33,508 nucleotides of DNA from a virus (Duplodnaviria > Caudoviricetes): IMG/VR virus record IMGVR_UViG_3300010048_000029, positions 1 through 33,508 of that record; one strand, given 5' to 3'. The translations under genes and the position numbers were made by a program. Under the pieces are notes generated by a model that searched no databases, was not told the origin of the DNA, and worked only from the letters and a program-made list of their open reading frames with translations. Below, piece after piece: positions 18,975 through 27,570 of the stretch (its first letter is position 1; the number at the start of each line of letters is the position of its first letter).

Positions 18975-19546
18975 TGCCCCGCTTGTTGGTATGCCGGGAG
19001 TGTCGGACCATCGAGGAACTCCCGCTCTACAGTGGCCCACCCCAGCTTGAAGCCCAGGATCCCATCCTGGACAACCTCGTGCGCCGGCACGTCCAGCGCC
19101 ACGGTGACATGAAGCCCGACGCCGCCGCTCTCCTGGTGGCCTCAGAGGATCCCTGCCACTGCGATGAGAAGACCTTGGTGGATGCCAGGACGGGCACGAA
19201 GATGAGAAACCCCCTTCGGATCCACGGCACCCACACCTTCTGGGAGGGCCACCGTGACGACGTCCTCAAGGGCCTCCAGGAGCGCTGGACAGGCTTCCAC
19301 CCAGAGTTCTATGCCACCAAGGACACCTACCGGGAAGACGCCATGCGGTGCTTCAATCTGCACCGGAGGCCCAAGGGCACCGACTGCATCGACTGGCGGG
19401 ACGACGGGCGCAAGCTGACGAACAGGGACTGGCCCGCCGACAAGGCGGTCTACCTCTGCGACTTCTGCCCCGTTGCCAGCCAGGTGACCACGGCCATCCG
19501 CCATGCCGCCGGCATGTACAAGCGAGCGCCAGGCGAAGTTGACTGA
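18974..19546 (+). CDS. Cys-rich, probably Zn-binding phage protein
   Basis: LLVCRECRTIEELP, CHC, MRCF..H.RP..DC.DW, YLCDFCPV. Confidence 0.75.
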   Translation: MPRLLVCRECRTIEELPLYSGPPQLEAQDPILDNLVRRHVQRHGDMKPDAAALLVASEDPCHCDEKTLVDARTGTKMRNPLRIHGTHTFWEGHRDDVLKGLQERWTGFHPEFYATKDTYREDAMRCFNLHRRPKGTDCIDWRDDGRKLTNRDWPADKAVYLCDFCPVASQVTTAIRHAAGMYKRAPGEVD

Positions 19547-19826
19547 CCTGAACGGCTCGCAGCCGCCACCCCAGGAGGTCATGACCCTGTTTCTGGTCGT
19601 GGTCGACCTCGATGGCTCCTCCAGGGCGGTCCTGAACACCGAAGAGAGGTTCGTGGCCCAGCGACCGGCCACCCCCAAGGACGTCTACCCTGCCGTCGCC
19701 AACGTGTTGGCAGATTTCCAGGGCCTCAAGACGGCAGAGGCCATGGTCAGTTTCCAGATGCAGATGGCCCGGTCAGCCCAGGAGGCCAGCCAGGCGGCTG
19801 CCATGCGACAGGAGGACGGTCAATGA
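19539..19826 (+). CDS. Hypothetical phage protein
   Basis: Start is either TTG 19539 or ATG 19581 (after GGAGG); ATGA coupling to the next gene. Confidence 0.6.
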   Translation: MTDLNGSQPPPQEVMTLFLVVVDLDGSSRAVLNTEERFVAQRPATPKDVYPAVANVLADFQGLKTAEAMVSFQMQMARSAQEASQAAAMRQEDGQ

Positions 19827-20692
19827 GCAGTAGCTACGCCAGCATCGCGGCCCTGGCCCAGGACGAGCAGTTCCAGGAGCGGATCAAGGTCTCTGTTCTC
19901 ATCGAGTGCCAGGCCGAACTCGATGACCTGGCGAACCCGTCCCTGTCGAACCTGGCCTATGACACTCTGCGGGGCGCAGAGCATGTCTACAACGCCTTCA
20001 TCCGCATGGTGGCCCAGACCCCGGAGGTCGCAGACGCGGCTGGCGATCCCCCGGATCAAAGCCTGGTAAGTGACGACCTGATCAAGACCACCATCGATGA
20101 CACCTACCCCGTCGTCGCCAGCATGTACTACAACGTGGACGGCTCACCCTGGAGTGGGGCCTGGATTCCTGGCCTGGGCGAGGGGCCATCGGTCGACAAG
20201 GTTGAGCCTGATAGTGGTGAGGCCGGCATCACGGTCACTGTCACCGGTATCGGTCTGTCCACCACCACCGCGGTCAATATCGGCGCGGACCTGACCGATC
20301 TCTTGGTGGTGAGCGACACAGAGGTCACTGGCACTCTGACTCCGGTAGTGGCCGGCTCATATCCCGTCCAGGTGACACTGGAAGACGGGACCGTGGTCAT
20401 CGGCCCAGAGTTCCAGGTGACTCTGCCACCGATACCACCACTTCCTACGGTCTTCAGCTTCACTCCTACTTCGGGACCAGCCACCGTTGCTACTGGCATC
20501 ACTGTCTCGGGCGTGAGCCTGACCGAGACCACCAATGTCGTCGTCGGGGATCCCTGCCTCAACGTGGCGGTGGTGGATGACGCCACGGTCACAGCTACGG
20601 TGGTTGACAGCTTGGCGCAGGGCAGCTACGACGTGGTGCTGACGGTGGCTGGCGAGGACTTCCAGGCGGCTGACCAGTACACGGTCACCTAG
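19823..20692 (+). CDS. Protein with an N-terminal helical domain and two IPT/TIG Ig-like domains
   Basis: PSVDKVEPDSGEAGITVTVTGIGL and PTVFSFTPTSGPA..ATGITVSGVSL repeats; very acidic; GGAGG RBS. Confidence 0.8.
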   Translation: MSSSYASIAALAQDEQFQERIKVSVLIECQAELDDLANPSLSNLAYDTLRGAEHVYNAFIRMVAQTPEVADAAGDPPDQSLVSDDLIKTTIDDTYPVVASMYYNVDGSPWSGAWIPGLGEGPSVDKVEPDSGEAGITVTVTGIGLSTTTAVNIGADLTDLLVVSDTEVTGTLTPVVAGSYPVQVTLEDGTVVIGPEFQVTLPPIPPLPTVFSFTPTSGPATVATGITVSGVSLTETTNVVVGDPCLNVAVVDDATVTATVVDSLAQGSYDVVLTVAGEDFQAADQYTVT

Positions 20693-20733
20693 CCAGACTG
20701 TCTACAGAGCCGCCTGAGAGACCACAGGACCGC

Positions 20734-20934
20734 CTAGGACGGTGTCTGGGTAGTCCAGCCCTCGGCGTACTGGTAGGCGTCCTGGAGGGGCACAGAGGGG
20801 CTGTGATCGTGGCCGCACATCCAGTCTCCTGACCACCGGTCCTGGTAGCAGGGTGCGGGACTATCGGCCACCATGAATCTGCGCCCGGAAGGTCGTAGTT
20901 CCTGGGAGGTAATGACGCCCTTCTGGGTCGTCAT
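20734..20934 (-). CDS. Small hypothetical protein
   Basis: 66 aa, ATGA-coupled to the upstream gene, GGAGG upstream. Confidence 0.5.
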   Translation of the reverse strand: MTTQKGVITSQELRPSGRRFMVADSPAPCYQDRWSGDWMCGHDHSPSVPLQDAYQYAEGWTTQTPS

Positions 20935-21149
20935 AGGGGCCGCTCCTCCACCACCACGACCTCCCGTCGCCGGTCAGGGAGGATGGCTCCGATGTACCAG
21001 CAGAACACGAAGAAGAACCCCAGGATGAACCACAGGATGTGACGCTTCCGCAGGCAGATCAGCGCGCAGAAGATCCCGAAGCCCCAGATGAGGAACACCA
21101 GGAGGTAGGTGCTGATGGCGAACCCAGAGTCCCAGACGCTGGCGAGCAT
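20931..21149 (-). CDS. Small membrane protein with two hydrophobic segments
   Basis: MLASVWD...LLVFLIWGFGIFCALICLRKRHILWFILGFFFVFCWYIGAILP; start reset to 21149 (TGATG overlap). Confidence 0.72.
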   Translation of the reverse strand: MLASVWDSGFAISTYLLVFLIWGFGIFCALICLRKRHILWFILGFFFVFCWYIGAILPDRRREVVVVEERPL

Positions 21150-21736
21150 CAGGTATAGGTGAAGCTGGCTGCCTTGTAGGCGTTGCCGTTGGGACCGGAC
21201 ACCGACACGCCCATGATGCCTGGGCAGTCCCCAGCCGGGGCCACACAGGTGATCGAGGTGGCGCTCACTACCACCACGCTGGAGGCAGCCCGCCCGCCCA
21301 CGGTCACGGTGGCCCCCGCAGCGAAGCCGGTGCCGGTCAGGGTGAGGGCGGTGCCTCCCCTGGTGGGGCCGGTAGCTGGGGCCACGGTGGTCAGCGTGGA
21401 GGTGGAGGCCGGGAGGAGGGCAGCCACCGCGGCCAACTGGTTGTTGGTCAGGGTCTGCTCGGCCTGCCATCTCTTGACCGGTGCCATGGTGGTGCCGGGG
21501 CCGGTGTTGTTGACGGCGCTGTTGGTGGAGCAGTCAGTCCGGTTGGCGTTGGCCGGCGGGGAGGTGTCCGGGGCGTCCGGGAAGGGTACCGGGCTGATGA
21601 TGGCCCCGGTGGGCTGGCTGGTGGTGCCACTGATGGAGTGGCTGTAGCCGCTGCCATCCTGGGGAGCGGTGTTCTGATAGCGGGCGACAGGAGGGATGGG
21701 CATCTCCTGGGGATAGAAGTGGGTGACGAAGCTCAT
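21149..21736 (-). CDS. IPT/TIG domain protein with N-terminal YPQEMP motif variant
   Basis: APATGPTRGGTALTLTGTGF...VTVGG...VVVSATSITCVAPAG...FTY. Confidence 0.85.
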   Translation of the reverse strand: MSFVTHFYPQEMPIPPVARYQNTAPQDGSGYSHSISGTTSQPTGAIISPVPFPDAPDTSPPANANRTDCSTNSAVNNTGPGTTMAPVKRWQAEQTLTNNQLAAVAALLPASTSTLTTVAPATGPTRGGTALTLTGTGFAAGATVTVGGRAASSVVVVSATSITCVAPAGDCPGIMGVSVSGPNGNAYKAASFTYT

Positions 21737-22071
21737 GGCGTGGCCGTCACCACCGTGATGTCCCGGTTAAGGGCGTCGGCGCGACCCTGGAGCCTGGCCT
21801 GCTCGACGGCCAGCGCAGCCTGCGCGCAAGCCTGCCGGCTCGGGGCCGGTCCAGTGGTCACGACGTCGGTGAACGAGGGTGTCACCCCACCAGGAGCCAT
21901 GGGTGACTGGCACCATGTCGTCCCGGCTGGGTCCACGGTGGACACCAGGAACGGGTTGCCGGGGCTGTTAGGAGTGCCGCTCCCGGCCACGGTATAAAAG
22001 GCAGCAGCGGCCTGATTGGAGGGCAGTTCCAGGGGGTTGATCTGGTACGGACCCTGATAGGGGGCAGCCAT
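21733..22071 (-). CDS. PxELPxN-family protein without an IPT domain
   Basis: YQINPLELPSNQAAAAFY; AGGAGG RBS. Confidence 0.7.
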   Translation of the reverse strand: MAAPYQGPYQINPLELPSNQAAAAFYTVAGSGTPNSPGNPFLVSTVDPAGTTWCQSPMAPGGVTPSFTDVVTTGPAPSRQACAQAALAVEQARLQGRADALNRDITVVTATP

Positions 22072-22078
22072 GATCCTC

Positions 22079-22534
22079 CTAGGTATAGGTGTAGGTGGGG
22101 CCGTTGAGGGTGGACATGTCAGAGAAGGAGATCTTCACTGTCTGAGCGCCCGCAGCCACGCTGGTTGGTGTCTTGGCCGTGACGCTGGTGGCGCTCACCA
22201 CAGTGACCTGAGCGCAGTCCTTGCCGACGTTGACCTTCTTCACGGTGGTCAGGTTGGTGCCGGTGATGGTGATCGAGGTGGCAGAGCCATGAGCGCCGCT
22301 GGTCGGAGCTACACCGGAAGCGGTAGCTCCTCCCCCTGTCCCCTGGCCTGACTGTCGAGGGTCGTTGGCGGGTAGAGCAGCGTTCCCCGCGTTGGTGCGG
22401 ACGGTCACGTTCGGGGCCGGGAGGTTGGCCCAAGCGTCCAGGCTGACCTGATCGGGGTTGGTGTTGGTGAATGTCTGCGCCGCCACCTGATTGACCGGAA
22501 GCTCCAGAGGGTGGACGAGGTACTGCGGGTTCAC
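22079..22534 (-). CDS. PxELPxN-family IPT/TIG domain protein
   Basis: LVHPLELPVNQVAA...DPR, then VAPTSG....TSITITGTNL...VVSATSVTAKTP...YTY; GAGGAGG RBS. Confidence 0.82.
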   Translation of the reverse strand: MNPQYLVHPLELPVNQVAAQTFTNTNPDQVSLDAWANLPAPNVTVRTNAGNAALPANDPRQSGQGTGGGATASGVAPTSGAHGSATSITITGTNLTTVKKVNVGKDCAQVTVVSATSVTAKTPTSVAAGAQTVKISFSDMSTLNGPTYTYT

Positions 22535-22536
22535 AG

Positions 22537-23064
22537 CTAATCCTCCTCTGGGATTACAGCCTGGGTGAAGGTGAAGTCAGGCCCGGTGACCTGGGTGACC
22601 CCGTCTGCCAGGGTGATGACCACCGGGAAGGTGCCGGCAGCCTGGTTCCCCGGTGTGTCGGTGTTGACCTGGATGTCGGAGATGATCAGGGTGTTGTGGC
22701 AGGACTTCCCGATGGTGGGGTTGCCATGAGTGAGGCCCATGTTCTGACCGGTGATGATGACGCTGGTGACGTGGTTCTCTACCGCTGAAGTCGGCTCGAT
22801 GGCCTCGATGACCAAGTCAGTAGTGGGCGGTTCGCCACCCCCTCCGTTGCCACCGTCCCCGCCTCCCCCGCCGCTTCCCAGGCGGGGATCAGGGGTGACC
22901 TCTGGGATCCTCCCGCTCACGTAGTCCTGGTGTGCCTGGATGGTGGCGGTGGCCTGATCCTGGCGCGCCTGGGACATGTGTGCGTCGGGGTCGACTATGC
23001 CTGGGTACGCCGCCGCTGCCTGCTTGTTGGTGGGCAGCATCAGGGGGTGGAGGACATAGGTCAT
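22537..23064 (-). CDS. PxELPxN-family IPT/TIG domain protein
   Basis: VLHPLMLPTNKQAAAAY...QATATIQAHQD...DPRLG, Gly linker, IEPTS....VIITGQNM...FTF. Confidence 0.8.
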   Translation of the reverse strand: MTYVLHPLMLPTNKQAAAAYPGIVDPDAHMSQARQDQATATIQAHQDYVSGRIPEVTPDPRLGSGGGGGDGGNGGGGEPPTTDLVIEAIEPTSAVENHVTSVIITGQNMGLTHGNPTIGKSCHNTLIISDIQVNTDTPGNQAAGTFPVVITLADGVTQVTGPDFTFTQAVIPEED

Positions 23065-23637
23065 CTAGACCTTGGCTTCTTCCTTCTCAGCCGCCACCTG
23101 GGCGTCCTCCTCAGCCGCCTTGGCCTTCTCTTCCTCCCTGGCGGCTGCTTCTTCTGCCTGCTTCGCGGCCTGCTCAGCGAAGGTGCTGCCAGAGAGCCGG
23201 GGATCGTCGCTCACCTGGGACACGGCCTCCTGGACACCGTCCTGGTGTTCCTGGATGGCCGCAGTGGCCTGGGCTATGCGCTCGTCGGAAATGGGGGCGT
23301 TCTCGTCTACCGTCACCTGGGTGGAGATGGCGGCAGCCGCGGCGGTGTTGGCCGGCAACTCCCAGGGGCTGAAGACCTGCTTGTAGGGGTCCACCACCTC
23401 TGTTGCTGTGGTCCCTGTCTCTGTGATCTCGACAGCAGGCTCCTCAGGAGCCGCGTCTTCAGCCGCTGCTTGCTCTTCAGCCATGTCGGGTTCGCCCTCC
23501 GATTCCAGGATGAGATTGATGATGGTGGAGTTGTGGGCCGTGGGGGCGTACTCCAGCCCCATCCCATCGGCCAGGGCTTTCAGATCGTCCCTGCTCAGGG
23601 CCTCTAGCTCTTCTTGGGTATGGGTAGCTCCGGGCAT
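23065..23637 (-). CDS. PxELPxN-family acidic protein with N-terminal HeH/Rho-N-like motif
   Basis: ELEALSRDDLKALADGMGL......IINLILE; FSPWELPANTAAAAA...QATAAIQEHQD...DPRLS; start ATG 23637 or 23643. Confidence 0.75.
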   Translation of the reverse strand: MPGATHTQEELEALSRDDLKALADGMGLEYAPTAHNSTIINLILESEGEPDMAEEQAAAEDAAPEEPAVEITETGTTATEVVDPYKQVFSPWELPANTAAAAAISTQVTVDENAPISDERIAQATAAIQEHQDGVQEAVSQVSDDPRLSGSTFAEQAAKQAEEAAAREEEKAKAAEEDAQVAAEKEEAKV

Positions 23638-23683
23638 GCTCATAGTCTTACCCACCGCACCTGGCGCGCCTTGACCACCCAGC

Positions 23684-23698
23684 TAGGCTTCGGCTATG
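23684..23698 (+). promoter_or_regulatory. Putative leaderless promoter TAGGCT-N6-ATG
   Basis: cTAGGCTtcggctATG; same hexamer and spacing as at 33027. Confidence 0.55.
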
Positions 23699-23929
23699 GC
23701 ATTCCTTGAGGCCCTGGCACCACTACTGGAGGGCGGCGGCGCTGAGGCTGGTGCTGGCGCAGAGGGTGCCGGCGGCATGGGTGGCTTGAAGGACTTCAAC
23801 GACAGCCCGGTGTCCCAGATCGGGGGCCAGGTGGGTGGCAAGCTGGTTCACGCGGCCATGGGAGCTATCGGTACCCATGGCGGGGACCAGGAAAAAGCCA
23901 ACATCGGACCCGTGGGCGAGATCACCTGA
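23696..23929 (+). CDS. Small Gly-rich hypothetical protein
   Basis: 77 aa, leaderless start, followed by a hairpin. Confidence 0.65.
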   Translation: MAFLEALAPLLEGGGAEAGAGAEGAGGMGGLKDFNDSPVSQIGGQVGGKLVHAAMGAIGTHGGDQEKANIGPVGEIT

Positions 23930-23953
23930 CTTTTCCACAACCCGGACAGCGAA

Positions 23954-23973
23954 GAGGCCCCCGAAGGGGCCTC
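23954..23973. terminator. Stem-loop between convergent genes (likely terminator)
   Basis: GAGGCCCC-CGAA-GGGGCCTC, a perfect 8-bp stem; cUUCGg tetraloop on the minus strand. Confidence 0.65.
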
Positions 23974-24068
23974 ATTCACTATGGCTACATGGCTACCACA
24001 CCATGACCGCAACGAACCGTCCGAAAGGATGGATGGATTCCCGTTGGCGACTCCAGACTACCAAAAAA

Positions 24069-24479
24069 TCACGACGCCTGTTGTCGCACCAGCCGGCGAG
24101 CCGGCACGGTGACCTCCTCACCATCGCGCTTGCGCCTGACATGCTCCCCAACCACAGTCACCCACTGCGCTTTCTGCTCCTCCATGAACTCCTGGAGGCC
24201 CCGGCGAGCGAGGGTCTGCTGGACGTACTGGTAGGGCCAGTTGTTGAGATCTCGTGAGATCTCCATGATCCCCATGCCACCCAGGAACATCTCCACGATG
24301 ACCTCATCGCGGATCTGATTCTCGTCCCACTTCGCCATGGGAGTGTCGGAGCAGTCCTCGCTACACCAAAAGACGAACCGTCCTATGCGGCGACGCCAGC
24401 CCATGAACGCCCCGCAGCAGCGGCAGCGCATCTCCTGTAGCTCTTCACCATCCTGTGAGGTGCGGGTCTCTTCAGCCAT
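24069..24479 (-). CDS. Zn-finger plus putative HTH protein
   Basis: CRCCG...WCSEDC, then RDEVIVEMFLGGMGIMEISRDL...YVQQTLARRG. Confidence 0.65.
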   Translation of the reverse strand: MAEETRTSQDGEELQEMRCRCCGAFMGWRRRIGRFVFWCSEDCSDTPMAKWDENQIRDEVIVEMFLGGMGIMEISRDLNNWPYQYVQQTLARRGLQEFMEEQKAQWVTVVGEHVRRKRDGEEVTVPARRLVRQQAS

Positions 24480-24712
24480 TAGCTGGCCTTCCTGAGGGCG
24501 GCGATGACCTCGTCAAGGTAGCTGGCAGGGAACACTGCCCCGGACATGTTCTGTCCATTGGGGAGCAGGTTGATGCCCACCCTGATGTAGTCATCGGAGG
24601 TGCCGGTGGGGATCCGGGTGACCCGGACCTCCCTGTTGTCGCCCAGCTTGACGCGGCTCACGATCTTCGGGGGCCTGATCGTCCTGACTGGGGTTTTCTT
24701 AGCGTCTGACAT
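24479..24712 (-). CDS. Possible PC4-like ssDNA-binding / transcription cofactor protein
   Basis: EVRVTR......DYIRV.......G....GAVFPASYLDEVIAAL resembles the PC4 beta-beta-helix pattern. Confidence 0.5.
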   Translation of the reverse strand: MSDAKKTPVRTIRPPKIVSRVKLGDNREVRVTRIPTGTSDDYIRVGINLLPNGQNMSGAVFPASYLDEVIAALRKAS

Positions 24713-25730
24713 TGAATACTCGATCTTTCTCTATGAGGGGTAAGTGGTCGTCGCCTTTGATGTAGCTGTGGACGGTTGTCTCACGGTAGTTGCCGTGCTT
24801 GTCGATCCAGCGGCGCTTGTGTTCCCGGACCCGGAAGCGATGCGAGTACATGGCCGGGGCCGGGACATGGTCTGGATCAGTGTGCTGGGGTGGCCGGTCG
24901 ATGGGGCGTAGCTCCACCACGACCACCTCTTTCAGCGGGCTGTGCGCTCGCTGAAGCCTCTTCATCATGGGCCGGTCAGCCGGCATGCGGAAGGGGATCT
25001 GCTCCTGCACGAACTCCCAGAGGGAGAGCATGAAGGCGTTGAAGCGATTGATCTGGAAGGCATAGCTGGAGCGATGCTGGTCGTAGGCTTCCTCTGTCCC
25101 AGGTAGCTGGCCGGCATCGCCATGGAACTCAGCCATCTCCTGGGTGGAGTTGAAGTCATCCTCAGTCAGGTTCTGCACCTTGGTGCCCCAGACCCACTGG
25201 GTGATGTGGAGCAGGGGGAGGTTGCCCTGGAGTCGGACAGCCTCGTTCTTACCCACCTCACTGTCGCCCCACTGGCGCTGGTTCACTTCGTCCAGTTCGT
25301 CGTGGGCGTCGGAGAACTCGGAGATGACCACGGCGTCCCGCTCCTGGGACCACAAGATGGCCTTGACTGAAGTCACCTTGCCCCTGGCGTCGAGGACATG
25401 GATGGGCCGCTCCAGGTAGACGAACCCCTTCTCGCAGGGGAGATCCTGGGGCAAGACCACCTCATGCTCGTGGGCCTCGTACACGTCGGTGAAGTCCCAC
25501 AAGCGAGAGATGATCTCCCGGCGCACGTAGAAGGTCTCGGCGCTGTCGAGCCGACTGGTCAGGTACTTGTCGACCTCCCAGGGTTGCCCGTTGGTCCGCA
25601 TGGATGAGTACTTGTCGACCATGCCCTGGAAGGTGCTGACGAACCCACCGCGGTACTGGCTGCGCTCCCACCAGCGGATCAGGTTGACCTGTTCCTCCAG
25701 GACATCGATGGGTCGGTAGACGGTCGCCAT
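24699..25730 (-). CDS. Hypothetical phage protein with basic C-terminal RVREHKR...YIKG motif
   Basis: Start reset to ATG 25730 (TGATG overlap); 343 aa; the C-terminal motif recalls a widespread uncharacterised phage family. Confidence 0.7.
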   Translation of the reverse strand: MATVYRPIDVLEEQVNLIRWWERSQYRGGFVSTFQGMVDKYSSMRTNGQPWEVDKYLTSRLDSAETFYVRREIISRLWDFTDVYEAHEHEVVLPQDLPCEKGFVYLERPIHVLDARGKVTSVKAILWSQERDAVVISEFSDAHDELDEVNQRQWGDSEVGKNEAVRLQGNLPLLHITQWVWGTKVQNLTEDDFNSTQEMAEFHGDAGQLPGTEEAYDQHRSSYAFQINRFNAFMLSLWEFVQEQIPFRMPADRPMMKRLQRAHSPLKEVVVVELRPIDRPPQHTDPDHVPAPAMYSHRFRVREHKRRWIDKHGNYRETTVHSYIKGDDHLPLIEKDRVFNVRR

Positions 25731-26197
25731 CAGGGCCACACTCCCTTGGGGATGGCCTCGATGACCTGGAGCCGGCGGCGGTCGTAGGGCACCCACTGAG
25801 GCTTGCCGGTGCGCTCGATCTCCTGCCAGATCCGGTAGTAGCGGTCGTACTGCCGGCGGAAATGGGAGCGCTTGATCAGGTACCAGGCAGCCAGGAAAGG
25901 ACCGATCAGAATGCAGAAGACCGCCACCCCACCCGATAGCACGGGGCCGATGGCACTGTTCACCAGGAAGCTGGGGTACCACTCGTGCCAGCGCACCTGG
26001 GCCTCCAGCATCAGGCCCTGGCAGCCCCAGGGATCTATGAATCGGCCCAGCTTCTGCTTGCCATTGACCAGGCGGTAGGAGGGAGGCGGCGGCTCCATGT
26101 CGCCGCGCATGTCCAGCCAGTAGTCCTGGGAAGCGTATTGGTACTCAGCGTAGGCGGCTTGGGCCTCCGCTGGTGTCTGTGGTAGTTGCATTGCCAT
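25730..26197 (-). CDS. Membrane-associated hypothetical protein
   Basis: Hydrophobic segment AIGPVLSGGVAVFCILIGPFLAAWYLI; start reset to ATG 26197. Confidence 0.68.
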   Translation of the reverse strand: MAMQLPQTPAEAQAAYAEYQYASQDYWLDMRGDMEPPPPSYRLVNGKQKLGRFIDPWGCQGLMLEAQVRWHEWYPSFLVNSAIGPVLSGGVAVFCILIGPFLAAWYLIKRSHFRRQYDRYYRIWQEIERTGKPQWVPYDRRRLQVIEAIPKGVWP

Positions 26198-26212
26198 GTG
26201 TCTAGGGTACCA
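26195..26212 (-). promoter_or_regulatory. Putative leaderless extended -10 promoter TGg-TACCCT-N6-ATG
   Basis: Minus strand reads tggTACCCTagacacATG. Confidence 0.55.
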
Positions 26213-26239
26213 CACTCTGACAGGTGAGCGTGAGCATTT

Positions 26240-27304
26240 CTATGCAGCATCCTCACCGTTCAGGAAGGATGTGACCTCAGTCCAGCGGTCGGACGCTTCC
26301 TTCAGCACCGACTTCTCTTCATCCTCCTTGGCCTCAGCCGCCTGCCACTTGACCGGGTCGCGGAAGGACTCCACTGCCGCCTGGATCAGCGCGGCCAGGG
26401 TGGCCGGGTCCAGGGCGTCTAGCTCCCAGGAGTCGGTGGTGTTGAATCGTCGGATGTAGTCAGGGGTCCGGGCGTCCTTCGGTTTGGCAAAGTTAGGGGG
26501 TGGGTTGTACTGCTGCACCTGGGGCATGTTCAGGGCGATGCGGCTGACAATCAGCGGTGGCACGGCGCGGATGTCGTCAGCGGGGATCATCAGGTGGTCG
26601 TTGATGTGCTGCCAGACCTCTGCCTCGTACATCTCCCACTCGTCGGGGTCATCCTCGTCAATCCACTCCAGGTCATCCTCGCCCGCATGCTCCCGGTACC
26701 AGTCCTTGCCGATGAACAACTCCAGGCGGTCTCGGATGTCCCTGGTCATGTCGATACCGGAGGGGTCATGGTCGCCCAGGTGTAGTACCACCACCCGCTG
26801 GCCGGCGTTCAGGTACTCACGCAGCCGCTGGGCTGCGCCCCAGATCTCTGACTGGCTGGTGTAACCGCGGCAGGAGAAGTAGTCCACGTCGAGGCCGGGG
26901 CAGACTGAGTCCAGAACACCCACTAGGGCGTCCTTCTCGATCCAGACCTCGATCCGCACGGGCTGGTCTGCCCACTTCTCGATGCGGTACTGGCGCGACA
27001 CCGCCTCCACGATCTCGGCGGGGCTGTTCCAATGGGGCAGGCTCCGCAGGTTGCGGGTGCGGTCCACGATGTAGTCCCAGTCCATGTAGCCAGCCAGCCT
27101 GGCATCGCTGACGATCCGACCCAGGCGGTCGTAGCTCTCCTGGTTGTTGGGGATCAGGCCACGGGCCACGAACTGGTAGTACAACTGGCGCAAGGTCAGG
27201 TCGAATCCCTGGGCCTGGTACTGGGCACAGATGGCGTTGGCTTCCCGGATGACTTGCAGTGACTCACCTCGGAACTTCTTCTTGACGTAGGTGATGCGGC
27301 TCAT
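26240..27304 (-). CDS. Topoisomerase VI-A/Spo11-like winged-helix plus TOPRIM domain protein
   Basis: LTLRQLYYQFV, EVWIEKDAL, SCRGYTS, LHLGDHDPSGIDM, WELDAL; start reset to ATG 27304 (ATGA overlap). Confidence 0.82.
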   Translation of the reverse strand: MSRITYVKKKFRGESLQVIREANAICAQYQAQGFDLTLRQLYYQFVARGLIPNNQESYDRLGRIVSDARLAGYMDWDYIVDRTRNLRSLPHWNSPAEIVEAVSRQYRIEKWADQPVRIEVWIEKDALVGVLDSVCPGLDVDYFSCRGYTSQSEIWGAAQRLREYLNAGQRVVVLHLGDHDPSGIDMTRDIRDRLELFIGKDWYREHAGEDDLEWIDEDDPDEWEMYEAEVWQHINDHLMIPADDIRAVPPLIVSRIALNMPQVQQYNPPPNFAKPKDARTPDYIRRFNTTDSWELDALDPATLAALIQAAVESFRDPVKWQAAEAKEDEEKSVLKEASDRWTEVTSFLNGEDAA

Positions 27305-27570
27305 CGGGCCGGCTCTCCATCTATGGTCACGGTCACGAGGATGGTGACCTTCTGAGGTGGGTGGTCGTACTTGTCCATGGAGCGGATCATGCGGCTGCCG
27401 ATCCACGCCTTGACGTTGAGGAAGAGACCGTCCATAGCCTCCGCACTTAAGGTTCGGTCAGGACCGTCGCGCTTGACGGCCTCTGGCATGCGCTCAGCCT
27501 CAAAGGCCATGAGCGGGCCGTCCATCAGGCACAGTTGGTCTAGCTCGTAGTTCATGTTGGGCTGGGTCAT
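27301..27570 (-). CDS. Hypothetical protein
   Basis: 89 aa, coupled on both sides. Confidence 0.65.
   Translation of the reverse strand: MTQPNMNYELDQLCLMDGPLMAFEAERMPEAVKRDGPDRTLSAEAMDGLFLNVKAWIGSRMIRSMDKYDHPPQKVTILVTVTIDGEPAR

Noticed and set aside
20931-21149. Holin
   Set aside because: It is a small hydrophobic protein, but no endolysin is adjacent and it lies in the IPT operon, so function was left unassigned
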